NCBI GenBank assembly: GCA_048013815.1
Contig: CM106586.1
Coordinates: 4,464,001-4,528,000, forward strand
Reading direction: 5' to 3'
Origin: Setoptus koraiensis
Lineage: Eukaryota > Animalia > Arthropoda
DNA: 64,000 bases
Shown: piece after piece, positions 1 to 14,439 of the stretch
How the letters are laid out: the number at the start of each line of letters is the position of its first letter
Position numbering within the stretch: position 1 is the stretch's first letter
Notes under the pieces: model-generated
The model's database searches: none
What the model was told of the DNA's origin: nothing
Seen by the model: the letters and a program-made list of their open reading frames with translations, nothing else
Made by a program: the position numbers and the translations under genes

Positions 1-291
1 ATTAAAAGAATTGCCGACGATGCCGAGAGGCGCCTGAGCGAGGCAATATGGAAACGTGCCGACAATGCCGCTGAAAATGGCGCCGAAAATTTTTCGGCGG
101 AAGAAGAGGCCCGCATAGTGGAATTCATTGAGAAATATTGGAAAACATTTGGTCAGAACAGCGGGCAATCGTCGCAACAACAGCGCCGCTCTTGGGCACA
201 AGTGTTGGACTACACGACTTTACACGAATGTTACGGCGATTTGATTGGGCGCAACGCAAGCCCAGCTTCGTGTGCCCTCGTCACCAATTAG
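1..291 (+). CDS. 3' end of an orphan protein-coding gene (5'-truncated by the window edge), 96 aa visible
   Basis: Frame 1 is open from base 1 to TAG at 289-291: IKRIADDAERRLSEAIWKR...LHECYGDLIGRNASPASCALVTN*. Helical, non-repetitive, protein-like composition; absent from the ORF track because there is no start codon. Confidence 0.55.
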   Translation: MKRIADDAERRLSEAIWKRADNAAENGAENFSAEEEARIVEFIEKYWKTFGQNSGQSSQQQRRSWAQVLDYTTLHECYGDLIGRNASPASCALVTN

Positions 292-727
292 CCAATTAGC
301 CAATCGGCCAATCAGCACAATTTGTGCCGGCGGGTAACTTGTCAACTTCGGGCAATCAGAGTAATTAGCAAATAAAACAATCATCGTGTCACCTGTCCGA
401 TTTTGCCAAGACCGCCCACATAGTAGGCTGCACAAAGAGCACACAAATGAAAGTGTCACCAAAAGTTGTGTCGCGTTGATGGTTTATTTTTAGTTTGTTC
501 ACTTTAGTTTTACTTTGTTGTGTCGCTGCTGACTGAAAATAGTCTCCGATAGGTGAGAATGACGCTGAAAATATCCGGCACGATACACGGTGCGTTCTAG
601 CCATTCCAATGAGGCTCGATCATTAATATAAGTCGAAATAAGAGAAAATTCACGAATCAAACGACCTCTAATTTGCGTGTTAATTCACCTGTTACTGCGG
701 ACAATTAGCTAACATTGCGAGAATAAA

Positions 728-1333
728 ATGATGGCGAGAATTGTGATAATTGTAACATTGGCGCTTGTTGGCGCAGCCAGCCAGTTAGTGTTGGCCGACC
801 TCAACACGGCAAACAAATTCATTGAGGCGAGCGTGAAAGACGATAGACAATTGCTAGTGGACAAATTGACCATTATGAAGCGCTATTTAATTAACATATC
901 ACTGGATCTGGTGTTTACATTGGCCAACGTAGAGGAGCGACATTTCAAGAAGGAATTGCCCGAGGATTTGGTGGAGAAGTTGCCCACGCTCCAGTACGCG
1001 GTCAGAGAAGATCTGAAGGACACCATATACAACGGATCGACCTTTTTGGCCGAATTGATAGAGCGTTGTGACACCAAAGAGGCCAAGAATTGCCTAGTGT
1101 CCGATCTGGAGCAGAAGCGCATCGATTCCACGGCTGAATTCATAAATCAATTTCGAGCCTTCTTCGGACTGCCGCCGATGAACACGGACAACACCGAGCT
1201 GGCCAGCCTGAAACTGAAGCGCGCCGGAATCAATGTCATCGGCGACCCCGGTCTGCGCAAGCTTCTCGCCCAGCTCGCGCCCCCGGCGGACGACCTTGAG
1301 CCAGAGGCCCCGCAAGAGGCCGCCCAACAATAG
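728..1333 (+). CDS. Secreted, mostly alpha-helical orphan protein, 201 aa, single exon
   Basis: ATG start; signal peptide MMARIVIIVTLALVGAASQLVLA|DL; long non-repetitive ORF in otherwise low-complexity DNA; one C-x7-C pair; TATAAG about 100 nt upstream. Confidence 0.8.
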   Translation: MMARIVIIVTLALVGAASQLVLADLNTANKFIEASVKDDRQLLVDKLTIMKRYLINISLDLVFTLANVEERHFKKELPEDLVEKLPTLQYAVREDLKDTIYNGSTFLAELIERCDTKEAKNCLVSDLEQKRIDSTAEFINQFRAFFGLPPMNTDNTELASLKLKRAGINVIGDPGLRKLLAQLAPPADDLEPEAPQEAAQQ

Positions 1334-1689
1334 GATAAATCTCGACCGGCCCGCATTGTGGCCCTATAATGGGTCGCTGCGATCAGCTCACAAGTTATAG
1401 TAGTTTTGGCCGTATAGTTCAACAATATGTCACCGCGCATATATGAATGGTATATAGAGAGGAAATGCTATTAGTATATTATTACAGTGATATTGTATCG
1501 CGATCGCGCACGACCAAAACACCCATTTATCACTGATAAATTATCAGTGTTTGACTGTGGTGTTGCGTTCGAGCGCTTGCTTCGGCAATCGTGGCGGAAT
1601 CATTGAAAAATCGCCGAAAGAACACACACAAAAGAACAACTTGAACATGATAGCAATAACAATAACAACTAATGAGACTATTTGTATTA

Positions 1690-1752
1690 TTCGCAATTCA
1701 CAATTCGCGGTTCGCAATTCACAATTCGCGGTTCGCAATTCACAATTGGCAG
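1690..1752. repeat. 21-nt tandem repeat x3 (TTCGCAATTCACAATTCGCGG)
   Basis: Copies at 1690, 1711 and 1732 read directly. Confidence 0.9.
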
Positions 1753-4700
1753 TTCGCAGTTCACACGAACGTGAGCGAGCGCCACAACTGAGCGATCGGG
1801 GGTCGGAGTGAGTTATTAAGTGAGTTAAGTGGTCTGATTAATGGTCACTCGGTGTTCGCTTGTGTGGGTGGCCCGAGGTGGTCAGTTTGCTCGGTGGGTG
1901 AGTTTGTGTGGCCGGCCGGTTCGCTCGGTTGGCCGGTGGGTCCGGTCGGCCGGTGGGTCCGGTCGGCGGTCGGTGCGCGGGCCCGACGAGCCAACGAACT
2001 GGCCAATTGAGCGCGCTAATGATGATTTAAATTTGAGTGCGACAATTTGAGAGTTGTCGCGCTCAGCAAAAATGTTGCCCATATGATACAAAAGATGACT
2101 TTTGTATCATATGCCCACCACGACACAAAAGCGTGCATCTGCCCCCTCTAGCAGTGCGGTCGCTTGCATGTAGCGGTGCGGTCGCTTGCATCTAGCAGTG
2201 CGGTCGCCGGCGCCCCCCGACGGGCCCATTCTGGTGAGTAGCCACTGGCGGCGTATTGGCGGTCCGTGTGACCGCTGGCCGGCGCGACGCTCGCCCAACC
2301 GATAGACTACCTGAACAAATTGATCGACTTTGGCGCACTCTGGCGCACTGTGCCCATTGTGTTGGCCGGTGGCACAAGGCAGCGTGGCTGTGCCCCGTGC
2401 AAGCGGCTTGTGCAAGCGGTCGTGTAGTTCATTATTATTATTGTTATATTGATATACCACAAAACGCCCGTCATGTGGAGAGGGGCCATTGTCGGTGACT
2501 AATAACTGCTCCACTTTGCTCGTGGCTGTCGTTGCTTTGTTGCGCCGAGCAACGGTGACACGCTGCCCGCCGCGGAGTCATTGTGTCACGTCCAGTGTCC
2601 TATGTCCGAAGTGCGCAGTGGACAGTGGTCAGCGTGCCGGTCGGGACAGTTGCCCGGCCGAAATGCGACTGAAATCCGATCCGCTGCGACCCGACGCGAT
2701 CCGACGCGATCCGACGCGAGGCGCAAAGCGATGCAAAGAGATGCCAGTTTGTTGCATGCTTGTCAAGGTGAGTGGCGCCATCCCACGCTCGTTGCCGCTC
2801 GCCAAAACTGACCATTGACTCTCGACTCGAGAGTGACCAGTGTGAACAAGCACTAAACGCTGGCATCATGCGCATTGTAGTAATGCGCATAGAGCCATTT
2901 AAATTTGAAAATTAGCGGCCACCGCAACCAGTGAATCACTGGCAGTGATTGACTTTTGGCTTGAAATTGGCACGCTGCTGCCAGTTGGCACAGTCAGTGA
3001 TTGTTTGGCTGTTGACCAATTGAGGTGCCAGTGACAGTAAATTAATACAATGAACATTAACTCGACAACTGTGCCACTCGTGACAATGCTGCTGGCCCCC
3101 CCAATTGTCATTCAACTGCCAGCAACAACGGCAGCCACGCTGGTAGCATCGGTTCAATGAATACAACAAACACAATACAATTTGTTGCTGCTGACCACTG
3201 GTCACTCACTACTGCTATATGATGGTATATCAGTGTCGCTGGCACTGGCCACTTGAACGCACAGTGTGACCAACACTGATCGTCAGACTATGATCGTCGG
3301 AGTGACCACCAACAAAGTGACCACAACACAAACATTCCCCCCTCGTGCTCGGCGATTCGGCGTCAATTGTTGGTTTACACACACACTCTCGGAGGTGACA
3401 GTTTGCGTCGCCAAAGTTTGCACTGCGAGCGGGCCCGAGCAGCCCCCCGAACGCACACACAAAGGCCCCCCTAAAACACGGATAAATACACAGCGGATAA
3501 CGCATAATGCGCCACAATATCAATATAACGACAGCCCTTAATGAAGCGGCCAGTTATTTGCCCGACGATGATGATTTGTGGTCACCGTGTCTCTCGCCGG
3601 TGCCCTCTCACCGGTGCCAGCGCCGCCAAGTGGACGGTCCGGCAACTAGCGGGCGTCTCGGGCGCATTGAGCGGCCGACTTAAGCGGCCGACGAGCGCTT
3701 TTCGTGGCGGGGGCAACAAGTGCGCAACGGCGACATAACGGCTCACAGCGACATAACGGCTCACAATCCGCAAACAATGTGATTTATCCAGCGCCGGCAG
3801 ATGGGAGATAATGCATTTTTGCTGTTGCGTCGCGCCGCGCCGCGTTGTGTCACGGCTCGAGCGGCGGCCGGCCGACCGACCGGCGAACGGCATTGCGCAC
3901 AAACGACTCTCGCCACTGCGGAGCGGGCCGCGGGCCGGACAGCAAGTGGTCGCAAGTTGCCAGTTGCCGGTGGCTGCTGGTGGCAAGTGGCCGCTAGAGG
4001 CAAGTGGCCGCTGGTGGCAAGTGGCACCGATTGGGCGCCGTCGCCAGCGGTCGGCCCGGCCAGCGGGCCAATCGCGACCGAGCCGATTAGCGGGCGCGTA
4101 TTAGCGCCGCAAATCTTAATCGCGGCGCGGATTAGTCTGTTCGATTGGGCGTCGCACGACGAGCTTTTGTTGTGCCGTTAGCGTCGGCGGTACTACGAGT
4201 TGAGTTGACGAGCCCCAGTTGAGAGCTGGATAAGGCACTCGCGGATAAAGCAATTGTGTCAGAGAATTCTCTCGTGCGCTGTCATTGTCCAGCGGGCTAT
4301 CTCGTCTCATAGGTTGTGGCCACTTGTGGCTCAACTGGCCAGTGGCCGAAATTGTCGAGTGGCGCGCTGATTTGATTTCATCTCATCATTCGCGCGACGC
4401 GAATTAAACCAGTGGACGCCAGTGGCGCCCATGAGCGCACATTATGCACGCGCTTCTCACCGCGCCACCACGTACCACATGGGGCGCTGAGCGCGTTGTT
4501 GGCCGTCGACCCTGCTCGGCGTTGTTGCCCGCTGAACGAACGGCGGCGGCAGGTTCGGTGAGCCGGCCCGCCGACTGTCGCTGGCTTCGCTTGACACTTG
4601 ACCGTGCTGTGCATTGTCCGCTGTCGACGGGCCGATGAGGGCCGAAATGAGCGGCCACCGATTGACGGGCCGGCCGGGCTGTGTCATTGGCGCAAATTCC

Positions 4701-4823
4701 TCCGCGTCTGTCACACAGTCGGCGTGCAACGGCCGCGAGCACCGCGCCGAACGGTAATCGGTTAACAAGCAGCAACAAGTTGCCTGTGCCGTTTCTGGCT
4801 ACCTCACCTCAACAGGTATCCTC

Positions 4824-4863
4824 GGCTCACCTGAGTAGGCTCACCTGAGCCGGCTCACCTGAG
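4824..4863. promoter_or_regulatory. Three GGCTCACCTGAG (CAGGTG E-box / 5'-splice-like) copies at 14-nt period
   Basis: Copies at 4824, 4838 and 4852; function inferred only. Confidence 0.35.
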
Positions 4864-6962
4864 CAGTATCGGCCGCTGCAATATCAATAATAATGATAAT
4901 AATAATAATAAATGGCCAATGCAAATGCGTCGCGTCGTGCCACCACCCGCATCTTTTGTCTTCTTCGGCCATCATCATCATCGCTCTTCTCTACGTGATA
5001 TCCCGTCGCTATGTCTCACTGGCAGTGATATCCAGCGTCCGAGCGCCAATCACGTCACCAATCATCGGCGCGCGATTATCGGTTTGCGCTACCTGGTCGA
5101 CGGTCGCCCGCGCCAGATTGTTATTGCGGGCCGCCGGCCAATACCGTTATTGGCCACTTGCCACTGGCGGTCATTGCGGAGTTGTCGACTCGACAGTTAT
5201 CGAGAGTTATTTGGAGTTATTTAGAGAGAGCTCCCAGCAACTCTCCACAACTCGGCAATGACCGCCAGTGGCGGCCTAAATATGAAATATGATCCGCGCC
5301 GTCAAATCGCCATACCGTCCCGTATGCGTACGGTCAGTTTGCAATTACCGGCCGCGGCCGCCAGATTAACGTTGTGCCGCTCCAAACCCGCAAACCCGAG
5401 AGCCTCGCGAACGTTCAATCGCACGCGCGACAAAACAGCGCCGCGATCTACTGACCTGCATCATCGGCGCTCGCCGTTGTTGATCGGCGCTCGCCGTTGT
5501 TAATCGACGCTCGCCCTCGTTAATTGACGCCCGCCGGTGCCCAGTTGGCCTCGAGCGGCTCGAGCCGAGCCGCGGCTGTCGCGCCGACCCGCGCGCACTT
5601 GTCGTGCCCGACACCGGTGTACCTGTGGGCACAACATGCCGGGCCATTGACCCGGTCGGCGCTCTGTTTACCGCTCACCTGTTCACACTTTGTCCGCTCC
5701 TGTCCGCGCTTGCCCGTGTCTGCCCGCGCTTGTCCGTGTCTGTCCACTTCTGTCCGCTCTCGCCCGCGTCTGCCCGCTTTGCCCACTCGGAGCTCTCTGC
5801 TACAGACTCCCTAGCGGCGAGTGGCCGCAAACGCCGAGCGCAATGTTGCGCAACAGCTCGATCACATCGCGAGTCGCGACCAATTGAGTCGGCGAGAGAC
5901 GCGATAGTGCGCGTTACGCAACAGCCCATGCGGCAAACAATTGTTGTTTGCGGGGCGAATTAATTCATTTTTTGTGCGTTTGATTGTTTGCTTTTGGCAG
6001 CGACACCAGCAACAAATGAACTGTGAGCCAACAAACTGGTCGCTCGATCTGTCAAATTCACGCTCTCGTTGGCTCGTTCAAATTGTCAACTCACTCGACC
6101 GACTCGAATTCTGCCAACTCTCGTCGCTTGTGTGTCGCATTACAAAGTGATTAAAATGATGACAACACGACGTATGACCATACAAGCGAAATTAAATTGA
6201 ATTTTGCTTTTGAATGCTGCGCTGTCATGTCATTCCGCTCAATCATATTATGGCGTGCGCCTCGCCATTTATCCGGCCACGGTCACGATCATGCAAACAA
6301 GTGACATTGGGCACAACAGCAACAAATGTTGTGATGCAATATTATCAGATCAGATTAGATGGCCAGTCTGTCGCGCACCGTGTTGTTTGTCCGCAACATT
6401 TGGCGCAACATTTGGCGCAACATTTGGCGCAACATTTGGCGCAACATTGTGTGCCAAATTTTGGCGATGCCGAAACGAAGCGTGATTGAGCGTTATTTCG
6501 TCATAATCACTTGGTTGCTGTTTCGTCGGCCCCTAACCGACACACCACACAGAGATAATAACTGACAGCAGTAATTGACTGACTCGAATAGACTCGCAAA
6601 TGATACGAGCCACTGCCCGTCGAAGTGCAGACGTGCTCGCATTGTGTGCACGCCAACTTTGCGCAACTTGCGCAACTTGCGCAACTTACGCAACAAGTGT
6701 CAAGACCTGTTGTTTGCTCAATGATTGCGTCATTTATGTCAGCACTACTATAGTCAGCATGTTTATGTTACGCTAGCTTGCCAACACCAGCGCTCGCTTA
6801 TGCGCTCTCGCCCGCTGACCAAGTGAACGGTGTGCGAATAGGCAATTGTCGGTGCAAAGTGCCATTTGCGAGTGCCACTTTAGAGGGCGACAACAATGGC
6901 GAGACGTCAACGGTTCGCTTGTTGTCAACACTGGCCAGAGCCGGCACCAATTATGCGTGCCC

Positions 6963-6995
6963 CTGTTGTTGTTGTTGTTGTTGCTGTTGTTGCCG

Positions 6996-7036
<41 letters not shown>

Positions 7037-7050
7037 GCCGTTGTTGTTGG
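6963..7050. repeat. Imperfect (TTG/CTG)n microsatellite
   Basis: Direct reading; source of the poly-C/L/V artefact ORFs. Confidence 0.9.
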
Positions 7051-8583
7051 TGGTGGTGGCAGCGTCAATTTAAATACTATCATTGCGGGCTGACATTGTG
7101 AGCATTATGTGAGCGTCGTTAATGTTGCGTCATCGTTGGCCAGTGTCAGATTGTGTGTGTGTTAAGGGCCGAGACAAATCGCTGGCGATCGGTGACGATA
7201 ACGCCGGCGTGCATTGTCTGGCGATTGTGCGAGCGCGATCAGATTGCAACAACAGGCTGGCGAGACAGCTAAGTGGCACAAGCAATTAATCACCAGCGAG
7301 CTCGGCCTTTTGGTGGCCGCTGTTGTTGTCGTTGTTGTTGCTGTTGTGCTGTTGTTGTCGTTGTTGTTGTGCTGCTGTTGTTGCGCTGCTGTTGTTGCCG
7401 GCGACGCTGCTGTTGTGTCCGAAGTGGCTTCGGTGCAGCGGTGATCCATCTTGTCAGCTGAATTGTTTTGCTGCAACGCACACACCAAAAGTTGATAAAG
7501 AGATGAAGTGACCGAACAGAACCAGAGTGGCTAGACCGGCCACGAAGAAGACACTCGCTCGCTGGCCGGCTAATCGTGGGAACATTGGCCGAAAATCAGC
7601 GATTATTATCACTGATTATTTGCCCGTTTTGCTGGCTGGCTGGCTGGCTGGCTGGCTCACTGGCTCACTGACTCAATGGCTGGCCGGCCAACCCGGTCGG
7701 TTCTCACAGCGAGTATCAATGAGCGATATGTGTACACAAATACACAAATGTGTTATGCAACAAATGCGCCATTTGCATAACACTCATGGCACTGTATACT
7801 GTATTATAGTAGTAGGTAGTATACGGTGTGCAGTGTGATGGGATGATCACAAACTAATCGCGTTATGAGCGTCTTGTGTGTATTACGCAATAAAACAAAA
7901 CAAGACAAGACAAGACAAAAAAAAAGTTTTCTGCCGTTGCTGTGCAGCCGAACAGTTGAGCGGCCCGAACAGTTGAGGTAATTCTCGGGTAATTGAGATC
8001 ATCTTTAGTGATAATTTTCGCGCACTCATGCGCAGTTCAATCGCGCGCGTAATCGGCAGCACTTACGTAATACTTTGTGTCTGACTTGTGAGCTGATTTT
8101 GTGTGTGCTACTCGAGCGGCAGCCAGACGAGCAAACGAAAGAATTTGTTGCGCAATCGGGCTTGAGGTTGAGACAGCCAGAGAGCGAGCGAGATAGAGAG
8201 AATGAAATGAAATAAAATGAAAAAGAAAACAAGAAATAACTTGAGAAAAAATGATTATTATTACTATTGCATCATTTGCATATTGTTCGCGAGTATCGCG
8301 CCACTAGCGAGCAAGGTTAGCTGTTTTGGGGTAATTTCAGTGTAGTTTTTGTGTAAATTTAGCGCAGTTTTAGTGCAGTTTTAGCGCAGTTTCAGCGCAG
8401 TTTTAAGGTAGTTTTAAAGTAGTTGGCTGTTTGGGCCAATGGCACTGCCACCGCCGATTACAATTGGCCGCAGCGGCACAATTGCCACAGCCGATTACAC
8501 GCACTCGACCTGTTGCTGTTGTGGTTAACGGCTACCTGTTGTTGGCGTAGCCGTTTGCGCCTCGCGTTGACACGCCCGCCGAT

Positions 8584-8600
8584 CGCCATCTAGCGGCCAG
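8584..8600 (-). promoter_or_regulatory. CTCF-like site (CTGGCCGCTAGATGGCG)
   Basis: Matches the CC[AG][CG][CT]AG[AG][GT]GGCG core. A second match, CCGCCAGATGGCG, is at 17769-17781 (-). Motif match only. Confidence 0.3.
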
Positions 8601-8791
8601 GTGAGTATGTAGTGAGTGGTGCTGAAAATTAATAGTGGCCCATGAGAGTTGTGTGAGACCAATGCGAATGCCAGCCAATTGCAACCGACGCTAACGAAGG
8701 GCAATTAGAACGGCAACACAAGAGATAATGATGATCAATTTCGGGAATAACAAAAATATGATCTCACACACACATACTTTCGGTGGGCCGC

Positions 8792-8892
8792 TCTCTGGCT
8801 GTGTCAGACGGCGATTCTCTGGCTGTGTCAGACGGCGATTCTCTGGCTGTGTCAGACGGCGATTCTCTGGCTGTGTCAGACAGCGATTCTCT
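8792..8892. repeat. 24-nt minisatellite x4 (TCTCTGGCTGTGTCAGACGGCGAT)
   Basis: Copies at 8792, 8816, 8840 and 8864; no spacers. Confidence 0.92.
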
Positions 8893-11800
8893 TGCTCGGG
8901 GCTCTTCGCGCCCGGGCATAATTATCTGCCATAATGGCTGGCATTATGGCATTTCGGTCGATTCGATTGGTCGCATTTCAATTGGTATATCGGCCGGCTC
9001 GATTTGCAACTATTTGCAATAGCCACACCGAACGCGCCGTCTGTTTTAGCCAGGCCAATTTGTTTGGCCTGGCCTGCAAAGAACCGCCGCCCGCTCAAAC
9101 AACAACAGCAACAACAACAACAACTAATCGATACTAATAACGTATGCAAATCACTCACCAGACTCGTGGTGGCTACCATCCAGACTTTCGGTTCTCATCG
9201 GGCCCAATGTTAATTATTACTTTATCGGTGGCTCGCACACTTTTAACCCGATCGCCGCCAGCTCGCACACTTGCCCCCACTTGCTCTCGCTCTAAATAAA
9301 TTCTTAATTCTGGCCAGCAATTCGTGCCCACCACTTGCTACTTGTTTTGATCCGCACAATAGAGCGGCTGGGACCCGTCAACAGCAAGGCTATAATTAAA
9401 TGCTCTTCACTCTTCTTCCACTTTGGCCACTTTGGCCACTTTGGCCACTTTGGCTCGCTCTCGTGCGGCCACGACCTGCATATTTTGCCTTTTGAGGTCC
9501 ATCAATTTAGCATCGCTATGTCCACCGAATTGGAGCGAACGCCGAACGTCCAATCGATAGGATCTCTTCTCCCGTGCGCGGGCACCAGCTCACGAGAAGA
9601 GAATAGAAGAGAAGAGAAGAGTTCGCGAAAGTATCACGACCCGACCAGCTCACCGTTCGGCCGCAGCGAGCGCTGATTTTATTATTATCAATCTCAAATC
9701 ATTAGAGTCTAACGGCTGCTCAGAGTGGCCCGATTCGGCCCCTGTTTGCACCCGATTTTCAGCCAATTTGCGACCGATTTGCGACCAAACTGACCAACAA
9801 TGATGAGTGTGCGACCACTGGTCAGCGATTGTAAGTGATTGGTCAGCGATTGTAAGGGATGCTGCTCGCCAGATGCAATTGCACCGGCTCAACTGCGCCC
9901 GCGCGACCAAGTTACGCCCACGGCGACCCGTGCTACTGCTATTAATCACCTGTACTACTGTTTAAATGGGGCGCACTGACCATTCATAGGGTCAGTTGTT
10001 GTTGAGCACGCTGTCTGTGTGTGTTGTTGTTGCTGCTGTTGTCGTTGTTGTTGCTGCTATTGTTGCTGCTGCTGCTGTTGCCAGTGGCCATTAATTGTTG
10101 TTATCGGCGGTATAGATATCACACGACGATGATCACACAAATGGACACAAATTGATTGCCCGCATACAGCCACCAGGTGACCAGGCTCGCCCTGTGCGGC
10201 TCCACTCACCTGGCCCAATTGCGCCGCATTGGTGCGAGCAACTGTCTGGCCAGTTTGGCCAATTCGGCCAATTCGGCCAGTTCGGTCGCTTGCCCCGTCG
10301 GTCGGCCGCACTTGCCCGTCGGTCGGTCGGTCGCAGTTTGGCCCGTGTAGGCATGCACTAACAAAATGCACTAAATGCAGCAAATGCAACAAATGCATTG
10401 AATGCAGCAAATGCACTGAATGCAGCAAATGGAGGACGCCAAACGAAATATAATTATCATTCTGTGGCATTGTGAAGTTGGGTCAGTTAGTTCAAATGAT
10501 GCCATATGATTGATGACTCTCCGGCCAAAGTGCTCAAGTCGATGTTGTCAAGATGATTGAGCCCGGCCGCTTGCGATCGTCCGAGAGAGACGACGATTGA
10601 ATATTCACTAATATAAACTAATAAAGCTGTTTGCTTTAAACTCGCTCATCATCAATGCCCATGTGATATATTCATGTGCGTTATGAGTGAGCCATTTTAA
10701 ACAACAGCAACAACAGTAACAAGTGGAATAATGAGCAACTCTCACACTCTCAGTTCAAATGTGAATTATGGGCAAATAGCAACAGGTGCCCACTGGTTGC
10801 CGTCTTATATAACTTGACTCACCTGTGCAACAGTGTGCCGCAGTGGCTCACCTGAGCGCGGGTCAGTTGTGCGCTATTTAGTGCCGGTGCGATTACCTAA
10901 GGAGGGCAACAGTTTGACGCAAGCTTCATTGACAGCTTACGCCGGCCGTTTGCGTGTCTCTGACGGTGTCTCATCTAATGTGAACATATCGAACAGCGAT
11001 AATCTATAGCGTATCTATTGATATCGCGGGTGTATTTAGTGGCGATCGCTGATTATTAAATTTAAATTTTGAAACTTGTACGATGCTGGCGATCGGTTGG
11101 CAGCAGTAGCTGCCGATGTGAGCAGCCATGAAATGAATACGCAAACGCAAACTCAAACGAATACGCGAATATCGCCATCAAGTGAATACTGCGATGAAAT
11201 GAATACTTGCTAAATGCCTAAACGAGCAAGATAAACAAGCCAACAGGCCAATTGGCCGGCTGGCAGGAATTCGGCCGGTTGGCCGGCACCGGCGTGATTG
11301 AGTGACAGCCACCGAATTCAATAATGTAACAGCAACAGCAATAATAATTATAATATTGATAAGAAGCCGCCCGCTGATCGAGATGCGAGTTGCGTCGGTG
11401 CAACAGTATCAAATGAACAGGTAAATGCAAACTGCGCAAAGGTTGCCCATACAAAACAAGTTGTGCCTTGCGTTTGAGTCAATCAAACGGCCAACATCTT
11501 TATAGGATAATTATCCGGCGCATCTGGCCGCTTAGACGCCGGCTAACTGGCACCACGGTGCCTCTGCCCGATATCTCCCGATGTTTATATCCATGCGTTT
11601 ATCTGTATGGTGTGACTCTCGGATCAGACAAGCGATCGGATTAGACGGTTGCTGGCGCAAGCGCCCATGCAGCAAGTGCAAGTTTGTTTTGCGCCCCGCA
11701 TACAAACAAATGTATCAACATAAATGAAGAAATGATAAATATAAACGAGCCACAGTGGCACACAAACAATTAAGCCGCAAATGAACAACCGTTGAATTGA

Positions 11801-12936
11801 TCCACATTCTGGCCATTGTGGCACCGACTCCGTTGGCGTGGCGACGCGAGGCGCCAGCCAGGATCACGCGCCGAGCGGGCGCAATTGATTATCCGCGTCC
11901 GCTCTCGGTTTGGTCGGTGTCTATGCGAGATTAGCGCGGATTAGATTTATTTGCTATCATTTATCCGGCAAATGTTACATTAAGCACTGCGGCCGGAGTG
12001 GCGCCCTCGGGTGGCCGATGCTTGTGGTTTGTGCGCAACAGCAAGCAACAAGTGGCCAACAGCCAGCCACGAGCTGTGCGGTTGCGCAATCACTTGAGTG
12101 CGCTTAAATTGTTGGCCAGCGGTCAATCGAGTCTTGGCCAGCATCGGCAATTGGGCATCGTTAACGTAATTATCGCTAATGGCGTTGATTTAGCGCGCGT
12201 GCCCAACGCAAACAAAACGCGCCTCATTTGTTGTCTATTCTGTGGTGACTCGAGCTGCAAATCATCGCAAATTCGCGCCGATTCGCCACTTACGCTCGAC
12301 AGATTCGCACGCTCACATTGCAACTCTCACATTGGACTGCGCGAGTGCCAGATAATGCAGATTTGCTGATCTGCAGAATGCTGCCATTTTGGGTAGCTTG
12401 CCCAACTGGCCGCTCGCCGGCCAAAAGTGCTGACCAACCAACAAGCCGAACGGGAGTAATGTGAGCCAGGCCAGATTTCGTTGGCATGACAACAAATGGC
12501 GGCGGGCTCACTGCTGCGAGACGGGCTGTCAATCACTTTGATTTCTACATCTCATCCGTGCCTCATTTATGCATCAAACACTTATTGTTGTTGAGGTGCC
12601 ACGGCCACAAATGCCCTGTGTGTAACATATGCAAATTTTGCTTCTGATTGTCTCGCTGAGTGGCTCTCGCGCGCAAGCTCAGCTGGCAAGCAAATAAATT
12701 ACTATCGAGCACTGTTGTTGGTATTGCTTTAATTGTGCTGTCTCGCTGTTCGCCTCGGCCGCTCACCTGAGCCGCTCACCTGAGCTGCTCGCTTGTGTTG
12801 CGTCCATTGATGATGTAACAAAGCGTGTGCGCCGTCACATAATCGCCAGCGACCGGCGCAATCCAATTCGACGAGCTGACGAGTGCATTTCGTCTCAGCT
12901 TGATACCGGCCGAACGTTGTTACCGATTGTTGCTGT

Positions 12937-12972
<36 letters not shown>

Positions 12973-13030
12973 GTTGTTGTTGCTGCTGTGCTAACCAGCC
13001 GCGCATAATCGGGGATTCGCGCACAACCAA

Positions 13031-13104
<74 letters not shown>

Positions 13105-13105
13105 G
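13031..13105. repeat. (TTG)n microsatellite, about 21 pure units
   Basis: Direct reading. Confidence 0.92.
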
Positions 13106-14439
13106 CGATATTAGCGCGCACCAGTCCAATGGTCACCTTTGGCACCTACTGCCGCCAGCTGAGAGCCGAATTTGAGCTCGCAAACTCGACATTCTCGTCC
13201 GACAAAACGCAGCGCTAACTGTTTTGAATTAAAATTAAGGAGCTGCCTCGCGCGAGCTCAACCCGGGCCGGCTTGTCAGGCGGAAATTCATCACACAGCT
13301 GACAGTGTGGAATGTTCAGCAGCAGCGAGGGGACCTGTTGTTGTTGTTGCTGTTGTTGTTGCTGTTGCTGCTGCTTCGGCATGAAGGGCCAATTTGACAA
13401 CACCGACCGCTGGCCACGGACGCAGCAGCCATTCCAACGACATGCCATGGGTGCCCGTTGGGTCATTTGACAGACCAGGAATGCGGCGCTGTGCGTCTCA
13501 TTAGCATAACTGAGACTCGTTTGTTGCCTCAATGTGTTCATCAGGATCAATCAACATCGACACGATGCCAGTGCAAGCACACTGATTTGCAAGCGGATAC
13601 GAAAAAGAGAGAGAGAGAAAAAATCAAAATCAACTCTCGCTATTGATCGCTATTGACCGGTATTCACGAGACAGCTGATTGCAAATGTGTCATTTGACAT
13701 ATGTCATTTGCAATCAGCTGTCCTCTAATCAGCTGACTGTCTGTGATTGCGACGTGCAGTGCACTGGCCAAACAATTGATTGCACGAGCGTTGTCTCGCC
13801 GATGACAAATGGTCACCGCTTGACCAATGCACACAGCCAATGCCAGCAATAGAATGGAAGGTGCTGCAAGGAATGTTTGTGTGTGTTGATTATTATTTAA
13901 TACTACAGTTGGCATAATTTGCATAAATTAATCATCTCTCCATTGTCAGTGATATCTGCTCAATGTATCAAGTTGGAATGTTCGCCCGCAAGCTTGTCTT
14001 GTTTGCCACCACGGCATGGCACATTGCGCGTATAAATCACATTGCGTGTGTTCTCTGTTGTTGCTGTTGTTACCTGTGCCTACCTGCGCTTACCTGTCTG
14101 GTCAGTTGTTAACTGTTGGCCGAAGCTAATGGTTTGTTGATGATGATCAAATGAACGTTGAATCATCATCATCAAAACAACTGATGTGACTTTGTGGGTG
14201 TGTTGTTGCCAACAGTAACACTAGCTTGTGTTAGCGATGGTAACACTAACACATCATTCAGGCAACAATAAAAAGAACACAGCGAGAGAGGAATTTTGTA
14301 AAGAAAAGAAAGAATTGCGAGAATCATTTTTGCCGATGAAATTCTAATGAAAATTCTTTTTAACCGTGCCCAATGCAACAACTTGCTGGACTTGCTGGCA
14401 GTGGCAATGGTAGCAGTGCTAGCCGATGGTAGTAACAGG

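Noticed and set aside
14094-14125. Micro-exon (TAG|CTTCGGC...ACAG|GTAAGC) that would give ...GGTRF-G after the 14444 donor
   Set aside because: Poor acceptor context, and G is followed by QQ rather than a basic cleavage site; kept only as a possibility to test.
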